A DNA stretch of 54,136 bases from NCBI RefSeq assembly GCF_006345805.1, contig NW_021833840.1, positions 1 through 54,136 on the forward strand, written 5' to 3'. Each line of letters starts with the position of its first letter. Position 1 is the first letter of the stretch. Source of the stretch: Octopus sinensis. Its lineage: Eukaryota. The notes under the pieces were generated by a model. That model was not told where the DNA came from. It was given only the letters and a program-made list of their open reading frames with translations, and made no database searches. Of the stretch, positions 24,817-37,265 are shown in pieces. The translations under genes and the position numbers were made by a program.

Positions 24817-25147
24817 GGAGTACTCCATCGGTTGCGACGACGAGGGTCCCAGCTGATACGATCAACGGAACAGCTTGCTCGTGAAATTAACGCTTAAGTT
24901 GCTGAACACTCCACAAACTCGTGTACCCTTAACGTGGTTTTCGGGGTGATTCAGTGTGAGACACTGTGTGACAATGCTGGCCCTTTGAAATACAGGTACT
25001 ACTCATTTTTGCCAGCTGAGTGGACTGGAGCAACGTGAAATAAAGTGTCTTGCTCAAGGACACAACGCGCCGCCGGGAATTGAACTCACGACCTTACGAT
25101 CATGAGCCGAATGCCATGCCCCTAACCACTAAGCCACGTGCCTTCAC
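24817..25147 (-). mobile_element. SINE family D, full-length
   Basis: tRNA-like head gtggcttagtggttag..gagttcaattcc; 11 bp TSD ttgtactatta at 24806-24816 and 25148-25158. Confidence 0.92.
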
Positions 25148-26369
25148 TTGTACTATTAATGGCAGTATTGTTATGCCTTTGAGTAAGGAAAGACCTCATA
25201 GAGTGGATGTAAGACCGAAAAAGTTCCCTCTCTTCTATAATATCTGGAACTATGCAGTCCAATATATCTTTGTTTAAGGTATTAGGATACTGTTTGAAAA
25301 TTCTGCCTGTTATTTCTTGCAGATTGGCACAGATCCTAACAGTTATCTTGTTTTGATGGTTTAGATTATCCGTTGTGATATATTTAATTTGGAATATATT
25401 TAGTTTGAACAGTGCAGTTGCTTGTAGTAAAAATAATACAAGACACATTGGTTTGTTTTCAATAGTTTAGTATCTATAACAATTATTCTACCTACCGGAC
25501 TTTTGCTCAACCGGCTCCCTACTCTATGAGTACAGTTTCTCGTCTGTATTACGGCTGCAAAGCAATTTAGCAATGGGAATCCGTTGTCTGAGTTCTAAGA
25601 TTTTGAGCAGTGTGGAGCGATATCCTAGTCTCTATTCGTTCCAGATCTCCTCTACCACGAAATAGTAGCACCTATCAGAGTCGCAGCTGTTGGCCAATTA
25701 ACATGCCACGGAATTTCCACTGGACGATCACTCACTGACGCCCTCAATGGACCCAGGGCTAGTAAGGCCCTTCAGCTCTTTAGCTGCTCATCTAAGAGAA
25801 GGTAAATGCTGTACATGGATAACTACTGGACTCGTGGCACTTGTTGCACTAGATCAATATAAGTTTGAATGACGAGGGCGTAGGACTGGCTCTACACAAA
25901 GCATACCCACTATCATATTAATCGTCGTGCAGGTTGTTTGTTCATCACACCAAATCACTAGTACTAGCACAGCCACACTTTGAGAACCCTGTGCAGTTGT
26001 GTCATGCTGAAATCTAATTCATCGAAGCGACGGGAGTTCATTATATTTCTGTGTATTTGTATATATATGTATTAGACATGCCACATATCAAAACGGGCTG
26101 CGCGCCAACATACTCAGTAAAATTAAAATGAAGTCCCTAACGAACCTCTCTCTCGAGCGTTTCGCGCTCGATACGATTTTTTTCGAATCCCTTACTCCCA
26201 TCATAAACTGATTTTACTTCATGTTGAACAATATAGGGCGGAGTTTGCTATCCGTTTCCAACGTTTGCACACATGTATAATGTGTGTGTACACAGAAGTC
26301 GATGGCCGCGGACTTTATTAAGTTCATCCACCCTTTGACATATTTTGTTTTTTCATCCTGCAGGGTATC

Positions 26370-27271
26370 CAATCACCATTCTCACTAAGCTAGCTTAGTG
26401 GGGTTACCAGTTTGGTCGACGATGGTTCGACAGTGAAGCTGGGTGTACTGGATTACGTGTTACCAGTAGCGTTCAAAAGCGACCTGACCTACTCTGATAG
26501 GAAAACCTGGAAGCAAGGAATCTTTGACGGTGTGAGAACATTCGAACGAAAAGCAAACGAGTGGTCACGGATAAGATTATCATGAAAAGACAATGCCGTC
26601 GACCCTACAGTTCCTCACCTTGTCTATGAAGCCTATGGCTGCATATATCTGCCTTGCACCGGCTTGATGATCCACCAGAGAAGGCAAGCAGAAAGACCTG
26701 TTACAAGCAACAACGAGTTCTTTGTTGGGACCAACCACACATCCACTGCCTGCCAGAAAGCGTGTATAAAGGCGGCGAGCTGGCAGAAACGTTAGCACGC
26801 CGGACAAAATCTTAGTGGTATTTCGTCTGCCGGTACGTTCTGTGTTCATAAAAAGGCGGTGAGTTGGCAGAGTCGTTAGCACGCCGGGCGAAATGCGTAG
26901 CCGTATTTCATCTGCCTTTACGTTTTGAGTTCAAATTCCGCCGAGGTCGACTTTGCCTTTCATCCTTTCGGGGGTCGATAAATTAAGTACCAGTTACACA
27001 CTGGGGTCGATGTAATCGACTTAATCCCTTTGTCTGTCCTTGTTTGTCCGCTCTGTGTTTAGCTCCTTGTGGGCAATAAAGAAATAAGAAAGCGTGTATA
27101 AATTGCTCAGGTTTATCAAAGCTCATGGAGTACATAGAGAAAACTCATCAGAATGATCAGGAACAACCAAGAAGTTAAAAAAATTGGAAGAATTTCGATG
27201 GATGTCGAACTTGTAACAAACTCTGTAAATCGCAAGCAGGATTCACGAGTCATTGCCGTTCTCACATGTAA
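26370..27271 (+). mobile_element. Decayed RTE-like LINE ORF 3' end, interrupted by SINE A1
   Basis: DRKTWKQGIFDGVRTFERK (RTE C-terminal DR..W motif) and terminal C2H2 finger CRTCNKLCKSQAGFTSHCRSHM* (stop 27269-27271). Confidence 0.68.
26771..27086 (+). mobile_element. SINE A1 with two tandem heads
   Basis: 16 bp TSD agaaagcgtgtataaa at 26755-26770 and 27087-27102; heads start at ~26771 and ~26856. Confidence 0.92.
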
Positions 27272-27765
27272 TGATGCAGTACACTTTATTTAGCCAGCTA
27301 TGGTCATACCCGTTTAACAGTCATCGTGTACGTGCGCACATATGCATGTATGTATGTATGTATGTATCGTTTAACCCGGCAGCCATTTGTCTTCTGATGT
27401 TCATGCAGGGGATCAGTGGCAATCACTCTCACCAGCCTGTAAATGTCATAAACACAATAATCACCTTCTCCTTTGAATAACTTATGGAATATAGAGAGAT
27501 ATAGTGTTCGAATTAAGTTTCTTTGTCACAATGATTTAATCTGATGAAGAATCACGTTAACCGTTATAAATCATTAACAAACACATACACACATGCTATT
27601 GTAAATACATAAAAATATGTGTGTATATGTATGTGTGTATGTATATATATATATATATATACATACGTGTGTTTCTATGTATATATATATGTGTATATAT
27701 ATGTATGTGTGTGTGCGTGTGTGTGTGTCTGGGTATCTATCTATCAACACACACGCGCACACAAG

Positions 27766-27805
<40 letters not shown>

Positions 27806-27821
27806 AAGAGAGAGAGAGAGG

Positions 27822-27940
<119 letters not shown>

Positions 27941-28031
27941 CAGCTAGATGAGTATTGAAACATTGTTATATATACAGACATATAATATATGCATATACAT
28001 ACTTATATTCATATATACATTTAAATAGCCG

Positions 28032-28067
<36 letters not shown>

Positions 28068-28133
28068 GAAAGTTTTAATGCCTTGTATTGCGTTTTTGTT
28101 CCATTGATATATATATATATATATATTATATAT

Positions 28134-28167
<34 letters not shown>

Positions 28168-28197
28168 ATATATATATAATATATATATATTATATAT

Positions 28198-28234
<37 letters not shown>

Positions 28235-28559
28235 GGATGTGTTGCTTTATTCGCATTTTGCTTTGTGATATTCTTCTAATATACATTATGAAATATGAAT
28301 GCATTTCCATTGTAAATCCGTGACCTGCTCTCTGCTAATCTACTTCCCTTTGATAATTAATAATTTATTGGATTATTATAAAATCATAATAAAGTAGCGG
28401 CGCACAAGAAATTTTGTGTTTGGTTTTAACGGATTATACATGTCTAACAAGACGCGAAGATTTAATGTGTGGTTGTAATATGTGTGTGTGTGTGTGTATG
28501 TGGGTGTATGTGTGAGTATTTATGTGTGTGTGCATGTTTATATATATATATATATATAG

Positions 28560-28855
28560 AAGGCGCAATGGCCCAGCCGTCGGAGGATCGGGGTTTCGAT
28601 TCTCAGACCGGGCGTTGTGTATGTTTATTGGGCTGAAACACCTAAAAGCTCCACGAGGCTCGGGCAGGGGATGGTGGTGACCCCTGTTTTACTCTTTCGC
28701 CACAACTTTCTCTCACACTCGCTCTTCCTGCTTCTTGAGTAACGCTGAGATGGCCTGGCGTCCCGTCCAGCTGCGGGGAACACATGCACCACAGAATCCG
28801 GGCAGCCGGGCCCTTGAACCTGGCTAGGCTTGAAAAGGGCGACGTTTATCGTTTT
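28560..28855 (+). mobile_element. SINE family F (ggcgcaatggcccag head), tail type 1
   Basis: Head shared with 52179 and 36994 copies; B-box-like ggtttcgattc. Confidence 0.82.
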
Positions 28856-28877
28856 ATCGTATATATATATATATATG

Positions 28878-29095
28878 TACCAATTAAGGACTGAACACGA
28901 AAAGTGGACAGTCAACATGCTAGATATAGACGTCAAATCGCCATTCTCCACACATGATTATGTTCTCAGATCAAACTCAGATCAAACTTGTGCTGAGTTT
29001 GAGCTGAGAACATAATCTTTTGTGGAGAATGGTGATTTGACGTCTATATCTAGCATGTTGACTGTCTACTTTTCGTGTTCAGTCCTTAATTGGTA
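28878..29095. repeat. Near-perfect palindrome (103 bp arms, 12 nt loop); foldback MITE-like
   Basis: Arms 28878-28980 and 28993-29095 with about 5 mismatches; flanked by (TA)n. Confidence 0.92.
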
Positions 29096-29178
29096 TATAT
29101 AAATATTTTAATCCTCGGATTCTTTTTTAATATGCTAGACCACTGGTCTTAATTGATAAATATCAATTTCTACCCTTA

Positions 29179-29249
<71 letters not shown>

Positions 29250-29608
29250 CATTTATATGCCTATATACATACATAATATACAGGCATGAATATATATGTG
29301 TGTTTGTGTGTATACGTATAAATGTTGATACATATACATATATATTTTATTTATTCTTTGTTTTAGTCATTAGACTACGCCCATACTGGGGCACCACCTT
29401 TAAATTCTTAGTCGACCGAATTGACTTACAGCTTTAATTATTTATTCAAAAACCTAGTACTCATGCTATCATTCAATTTTGCTGAACCGCTAAGTTAAGA
29501 ACCGTAAACAAACAACCCAAAACCGGTTGTTCTACGGCTTGGGAAGACCAATTACTAACACACACACACACACACCACACACACACACACACCACAGTCA
29601 CAGAAGTC

Positions 29609-29827
29609 TATGAGGGCGTGCTGAATGTTCCTGGCCTTGGGTAAAATAAGGTAAAAGAGGATCAGTTAATTATCATTTCATTCAACATATTCCTCTCTCA
29701 GATCCCTACTTATTGTAGCAGCCCTTCAGTTTTTCTAAACCCTGTAAAAGAACTCGGAAGTTTCGGCCTCCAACCAGGCCTTTCTCGACACCCTTAAATC
29801 TAGGGATGTTTCAGCACCCCTTGAATA
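29609..29827 (-). mobile_element. Mariner-derived MITE
   Basis: Imperfect TIRs ta-tgagggcgtgctgaatgttcc and gggatgtttcagcaccccttgaata; interior homologous to 35353-35560 in opposite orientation. Confidence 0.75.
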
Positions 29828-30405
29828 TTATGTTGTTATATTCTTCTTGTTTGTATTTGTTATTGTATAAAATGCTCTCCATTTTTGTTTTGTTTTTGTC
29901 TTTGCTGTCGTAAACACTCGCGTGCTTTCATACAAAGTATCTAAAGCTCTTAGCTTAGACATTTTGGGGGCAACCAGATTTGAACAGTCTCAAGTGTAAC
30001 TGTCAGAAACTGTAAGGACAGTCTACAAAGTTGACTGATGAAAGAAGGCCACGAATGACCGGTCCCTCTTTTCCTATCACTTTGTGATTTTTCCTGTCCG
30101 CTTTTGTATCGTCTATCTGTCCGGACGTTTTATTGTCCTCATACTTTTATACATACACACACATATATGTATATGCATATATATATATATAATATATATA
30201 TATAATATATATATATTCACACAAATGTATATAAAGCTATCTATCTACACACAAACAACTGTGTGCAATTACATTTACACACAGTGATACACACATCTAC
30301 ATGAATGTAAACACAACTACATACATCTATAAGCACATATATACACACACTCACGGCTACATAACCACACGCATACACATGCACACTCACGTATATATAT
30401 ATATT

Positions 30406-30657
30406 TCTTTATTACCCACAAGGGGCTAAACATAGAGAGGACAAACAAGGACAGACAAAGGGATTAACATAGAGAGGACAAACAAAGACAGACAAACAAG
30501 GACAGACAGTGCATAATTGGTACTTAATTTATCGACCCCGAAAGGATGAAAGGTAAAGTCGACCTCGGCGGAATTTGAACTCAGAACGCACGGCAGACGA
30601 AATACGGCTATGCATTTCGCCCGGCGTGCTAATGTTTCTTCCAGCTAACTGCCTTCT
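30406..30657 (-). mobile_element. SINE family A1
   Basis: Homologous to 8631-8862. Confidence 0.9.
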
Positions 30658-30712
<55 letters not shown>

Positions 30713-30723
30713 GAGAGAGAGAG

Positions 30724-30762
<39 letters not shown>

Positions 30763-30799
30763 AGATGATAGATAGATAGATAGATAGATAGATAGACCG

Positions 30800-31573
30800 A
30801 TAATTAAAAGGGCGGGCAACAGGCTGCTTCGCCGCATACCGAAGGAATTAGAAATGGCAGTCAAAGACTGTTTTCTCCATTTTCTACAAGTGGAGGTTCC
30901 ATATACGACAAACCCTGCGATTCACACACGGAAAATCGGAGTACCAAATAAACGAAAACAATCTCTTACCGTCAATGGTGAACATGTTTCTAGATCACAG
31001 GCTAGAAATTGCCCGATTTCCTTCGTCAACACCATATTCGATAGATTTACCAAATGCCACAAGCTTTCACCTCTGACCAAGCGCCATCAGATAGTGGAGG
31101 GAGGTGTGCTTGGTTGTATGAAAAACCACTGAAAAATTATTTACCATTTTTATTGTATTACCATGTGGATTTCTTATTCTATTGCGATCACCCAGGCGGC
31201 GCGCATAGCGGAATTTTGGAGGGAAAATTTACGGTCCTAGTCATTACTTAGTTTTAACATCTGCACACCTCCCCCCACTATCTGATGGCGCTTGGTCAGA
31301 GGTGAAGGCTTGTGGAATTTGGTAAATCTATCGAATATGGTGTTGACGAAGGAAATCAGGCAATTTCTAGCCTGTGATCTAGAAATATGTTCACCATTGA
31401 CGGTAAGAGATTGTTTTCGTTTATTTGGTACTCCGATTTTCCGTGTGTGAATCGCAGGGTTTGTCGTATATGGAACCTCCACTTGTAGAAAATGGAAAAA
31501 AACAGTCTTTGACTGCCATTTCTAATTCCTTCGGTATGCGGCGAAGCAGCCTGTTGCCCGCCCTTTTAATTAT
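30800..31573. repeat. Inverted duplication (about 310 bp arms, about 150 bp spacer)
   Basis: 30800-31109 is the reverse complement of 31263-31573 with about 7 differences. Confidence 0.93.
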
Positions 31574-31697
31574 TTTTACTATATACTTAACTTTACAGAA
31601 GTTCCTGACGCTGAAATTGTCATATTTACATACCGAAATTTACCGGTAAATAATTGCTGGTTGTATGAAAAACCACTGAAGAATTATTTACCATTTT

Positions 31698-31736
<39 letters not shown>

Positions 31737-31752
31737 GTGTGTGTGTGTGGTG

Positions 31753-31783
<31 letters not shown>

Positions 31784-31786
31784 TGT

Positions 31787-31823
<37 letters not shown>

Positions 31824-32064
31824 ATTTATGTATGTGTGTATGTATGTATGTATGTATGTATGTATGTATGTATGTATGTATGTATGTGTGTATGTATGTA
31901 CGTATGCATGTATGTATATGTGTGTGCGTCTGTGTATTCAATAGTTAGGAAATATAATGTTTACCCTGCTGCTATTACAGTTTTAAAGCTAACAGTTCTA
32001 TACCTGCTACGTTTCATCTTTTGCTTGTTGAAATCATAAGCGATTTTTGTTCTTATAAAAGATA

Positions 32065-32137
<73 letters not shown>

Positions 32138-32330
32138 TTCAGGCTGACAATAAATATATTGACTTGATTAAAGTACAGCCACGCAATTTCTTCTTAGAAA
32201 AAAACTGTCTCCCTGTCTTCCATTTCTCTTCTTTCTTACCCTGCCGTGTTGAAATTTTTATATACACAAACATACATACATACGTATATGTGTGTGTCTC
32301 TGTGTGTATGTGCGTGTGTGAGTGCGCGCG

Positions 32331-32366
<36 letters not shown>

Positions 32367-32515
32367 CACATATATGTACTTCTAGATATGCATACATACG
32401 CTCAGATGCATATGCATATATGCATGGATGTATATCTGTATTTATGTATATAATATATATACACAAATAATATATATATATAATATATAATAGTCACGTA
32501 CATATTTACATACAA

Positions 32516-32552
<37 letters not shown>

Positions 32553-32620
32553 CAAATGCATATATATATATATATATATACATAGATGTATGTCTGAATA
32601 TGTGCGTATGTGTGTGTACG

Positions 32621-32665
<45 letters not shown>

Positions 32666-32748
32666 ATGTATATATGTATCGATATACGTATGTACGTATG
32701 TATATAATATTCTTCAAATCCACACTTAGCGTGAGAAGTATATAAACA

Positions 32749-32792
<44 letters not shown>

Positions 32793-34408
32793 TATATAAT
32801 ATATATACATACATTCATACATGTATGTATGAATATATGCATATATATGCATGTATGTATATATGTATGTATGTAGTTATGTATGTATGTATGTATGTAT
32901 GTATGTATGTATGTATGTATGTATGTAGTAATGTATAAGTAAAGGTATAATTTTTTTGTTATTTTGCAATCCTCTCTGCTTGATTTCTGCGATAACCTTC
33001 TTTTCTATCACAATTTCCAATTCCAAGACACTCCAAGAAACCATATTTGTCAATAGAATAAAAACTGGTTACCTGTTACTAACGAATGAAACACCCCCTC
33101 CTTTTCTCTTCTATCACTCTGCGCCTTTCTCTCTCTCTCTCTCTCTCTCCTCATCTTTTTCTCTCTCTCTATCTTCTCTCTCGTTCGTTATTTATTCATT
33201 TGTTATATCTCATATACATTCATACACACATATATATATGTGCGCGCATGTGTGTGTTGGTGTACGCGCGTGCGTTCGTGCTTGCATATGTGTGTGTGTG
33301 TGGTGTGTGTGTGTGTATTTGTGTCTGTCAGTGTGCGCGTGTCTCTCGTAAATGTGTCTCATTTCTTAATTCAGAGATAGAAGCTGCTTTCAAAAAGCAA
33401 GACACGCTACAAAATTTTGGTGGCGCTTGAGAAAAAGAGAAATTTTTATTTTTTTTAAATCAGCAATAAACAAGTAAAATCTAATGAAATAAAATAGGGA
33501 ATTACCTTCTCCTTTCTCTCCCCACCTCCTCATTCCCCATCCTTTTTCTCTGTTTTTCACAAGTTTTATTTCTATTTCAGATGGTTTCATTACCAGAGAA
33601 GTTTCTGTAGAGTCTAGTCTTAATGACTGCTTTTAATAGCCAGTCAGTACGTAACCCGGCAGCCATCTTTCTTTCTTTAGTTGCTTCCATTTTTCAGTCT
33701 TTATTTAGTTTATTTTTCTTTTCGTCCTGTTGCTGCTGCTGCTGCTGCTAATACAGTTGCTGCTGCTGCTGTTGTTGTTGTTGTTATTTTTCTTTTGCTC
33801 AAGTGTCACCTTCCTATAAGCTCATTTGATTCGTTCGAGATGCTTCATCAGATATCTTCATGTTTGATCCCTTTCACCACTTCATGTTTTTCTCAACAGT
33901 TATTCTCCATTTCTAATTTCACTTTCGTTTTCGAATGCATTACGTTTTTCCCTCTTTCTCCCCCCTCGCTCTTTCTCCTCCTTCTCCTCCTCTCTCTCAC
34001 TCACTTTTCTTTCCTTCATTTTTCTCTCTCTCTTTTTATCTCTCTATATCACTCTATATTTCTTCAGATCACTTTCCTTCCTTTGTTTTCTTCCTCTCGC
34101 CTTTTCTCTGTCTGTCTTCGCCACTCTTGCTCTCTCTCGCTCTATCACGCGCGCGCTCTCTTCATCATTACTCCTTTCATTGTCACAATACATTACTTCA
34201 CTGCCTCTCTTTATCTATCTATCTATCTCTATAGATCGTCTACAGGTATGTATGTATATTGATAGTTAAAAAATACAAACACAGAGAGAGGGGGAGAATA
34301 CAGACAACAGATACTTTAGACAGACTAACACACAGACAGACAAACACACACAGACAGATAAATAGAGAGAGAAAGAGAGACAGGCAGATAGGAAGGAAAG
34401 CAGGCAGG

Positions 34409-34493
<85 letters not shown>

Positions 34494-34530
34494 GGATAAA
34501 TAGATAGATAGGATAGATAGACAGACAGAC

Positions 34531-34652
<122 letters not shown>

Positions 34653-35352
34653 GATAGATGGCCCTGATCTAAGGCCAAAGTCATTCCAGCTTTCACTATC
34701 CCTTTTAATAGATATGGTAAAGATTATCAAATACATCCTTTTTTAAAGGCTGGTAGTGATAACATGATGGAGAATTTGCAGATATTTCTAGGATATCGAG
34801 GGAGCGCCGAGAGACCCATCTTGTTGCTCTTATTGTTCGTGAGGTTTAACCCCAGGCTAACTCTGAACCTGCAGACCTGTGGTCAAAAACTTACCAATTG
34901 TGGTTTTTCGTATACCATTCACTGGTATTTCTTTCTATGTTTATAAAACTGTGGGTTATGTTTTGAGAGAGAGGGAGAGACTTAGCTGCTATTTCTAGCC
35001 AGTAGGAAAGCTATGTAGCGTGTACACGTCACGATAAAATAAAGTACTTTTCGAGTACCGCGGTTGATATGATCGATTATTTCCTTCTCAGAATTGCTCG
35101 TGTTGAACCCAAGTTAGAAAAACTGTTATCCTTACTGTTAGGGAGAGCGAGCTAACAGAATCGTAAGCGTGTCGAGCAAAATCTTTACTGGTATTTCTTC
35201 CGACTCTTTACATTCTGAGTTCAGATCTCACCAAGCTCAAGTAAGAATTTTATTTTTTCAGGATCGTACTGGGGTCAATAGTATCTTCTGATCCCATCCC
35301 CTCAAAACTGGTAGCCTTGAGCCGAAATTTGAAACTGGCGTTCATTGTCTTC

Positions 35353-35560
35353 TACGGAGGGGTGCTGAAATGTTCCTAGTTTTTAGGTTATCGCGAAAGG
35401 TCTGGTTTTAGGCCCAACCTTCTGAGTACTTTTACAGGGCTTAGAAAAACTGAGGGACTGTTGCAATAAGTGAATGAATCTGAGAGGGGAATATGTTAAA
35501 TAAAATCATAATTAACTGATAAAATCATAACTGGTCCTCCTGTATTTTCTTTTACCCAAA
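35353..35560 (+). mobile_element. Mariner-derived MITE, truncated
   Basis: TA plus cggaggggtgctgaaatgttcctag TIR; interior reads GLEKLRDCCNK*MNLRGEYVK* like a mariner C-terminus. Confidence 0.72.
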
Positions 35561-35569
35561 GAAATCTAA

Positions 35570-36400
35570 TGGCGGGTAAGAGCAATAACATTCTCGAAAA
35601 AAGTTTGGGCGTCGAGGATGTGATAGCTAGTCTTTCGGGTCGCTTTCGGACCGAGAACTATCATGGATAAATTCTGGAAATCCCTCCCCTGACGATGCAG
35701 TCGAGGAACACTGCTGGTTTGAGATAAACTCTTCATGCATGGAAGTGCCAAAGGTGGGTCTACTCGGACAAGGGGCGACAAAACCGTACCGTACCGCACG
35801 CACTCGTGCAGTGCCCGAACATTGCTTGTTGAGTTATGTCGCTTAAGCAGCTGTCGTTTGTAGGACGAATCTGACTAGAAGCTGAGTCCATCGTGAGGAT
35901 CACCCCACCATCCTCTTTCCACAAAGATAAACAGACGGTGTTCCTATATAAGTAGTGGCTACGGCGAAAGATGTTGTGTGGTGGACGAAGCAGAAAGGAT
36001 TGCGCAAATACACCTCGCTCTTCAGTCAAGCTCCTATCGACCTTCTTTAAATACATCCTGGAAAGAAATGTGATTGCGGAGGGGAAAGCTTTCGCTCCAA
36101 GTTAATTTGTGAAAAGATTGATGACAGCGGTTAGGGTGAATGGACCTGCTCTGAGTATGCTCTTGTAGACTTGAGAGAACTTGGTCAAGAATTCATACCA
36201 TTGGAGGTCAGAGTAATCCTGGATCTATGAGTTCCCTTGACTAGCCCGAGCTGGAGATTCTCCTGTATCAAGCGGACAGCATCATTCATTCGTTTTCACA
36301 TGATTTTCTATACAACGTATACTTTTATCTTATTTCATAATCTTTTCCCGTTCTTTCTCCTTATCTTTTATGCAAATTCTTGTGGCAAATAAAAGAAATC
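35570..36400 (+). mobile_element. Tx1/L1-clade LINE ORF2 3' end and 3' UTR, decayed
   Basis: Across frameshifts: FWKSLP*RCSRGTLLV*DKLFMHG, a zinc knuckle remnant GQG..TVPHALVQCP, AESIVRITPPSSF, VATAKDVVWWT, and VRVNGPALSMLL* (stop 36166-36168). The UTR ends cttgtggcaaataaaagaaat. Confidence 0.72.
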
Positions 36401-36419
36401 ATTATTGTTACTGTTACTC

Positions 36420-36532
36420 CTATTGTCTTCTTCTTCTTCTTCTTCTTCTTCTTCTTCTACTATTTCTGCTTCTTCTTCTTCTTCTTCTTCTTCTTCTTCT
36501 TCTTCTTCTTCTTCTTCTTCTTCTACTTCTTC
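36420..36532. repeat. (CTT)n microsatellite
   Basis: Directly visible. Confidence 0.95.
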
Positions 36533-36589
36533 AAATCAGGACTCACGCCATAAGCCACAAAGAATAATCTCTAATTCTAGCCTTCTCTA

Positions 36590-36994
36590 AGCTACTAAGA
36601 ATGCTTGTGGCAACTTGAAGATCCACCCACCACATGCGATAGGCTGGCGGTTGCACGGGCGCGAAAGCTACATTGTTATTCTCATTCCGTAAACGGTGGC
36701 TTTTAACGGGTGGAGAGCTGAACCATCCTGGGGTAAAAATGATTCGCAATCTAGACTAGGGTCTGAAAGTTTACCACACCATGGTTCCTCTGCTTTGAGG
36801 CAGATGTAGGGAGAAAGAGTGAGAGAAAGTTGTGGTGAAAGAGTACAGCGGGGTTCACTACTACCACCCGCCGGAGCCTCGTGGACCTTAAGTGTTTTTG
36901 CTCAATAAACACTCACAATGCCCGGTCTGGGAATCGAAACCGCGTTCTTACGACCGCGAGTCCACTGCCCTCACCACTGGGCCATTGCGACTCC
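36590..36994 (-). mobile_element. SINE family F head with a third, unrelated 3' region
   Basis: Head nearly identical to 52179-52330; downstream sequence differs from both other F copies. The 3' boundary is uncertain. Confidence 0.75.
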
Positions 36995-37012
36995 ACCACT
37001 GTTTTCGTTGTC

Positions 37013-37230
37013 AGGGCGGCGTGCTGTTGGAATCGTGAGTAAGCCGGACAAAATATTTAGTGACACTTCTGTCGGCTCTTTACGTTCTGAGTTCTAATTT
37101 TGCAGACTTCGATTTTGCCTTTCATCTTTTTGAGGTCGATAATATAAGTACCAGTCATGCACTGGAGTCAATGTAATTGACGATCCACCTCCCACAAAAT
37201 TTCCGGCCTTGTGTCAATAGTAGAAAGGAT
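37013..37230 (+). mobile_element. SINE family A2
   Basis: Diverged head, central domain, ccttgtgtcaatagtagaaaggattatt tail. Confidence 0.82.
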
Positions 37231-37265
37231 TATTATCATTATTATTGCTGTTGTTATTATCATTA

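Noticed and set aside
33581-33636. EF-hand-like DGFITRE after a strong acceptor
   Set aside because: Position-12 Glu is missing and the frame stops after 18 codons.
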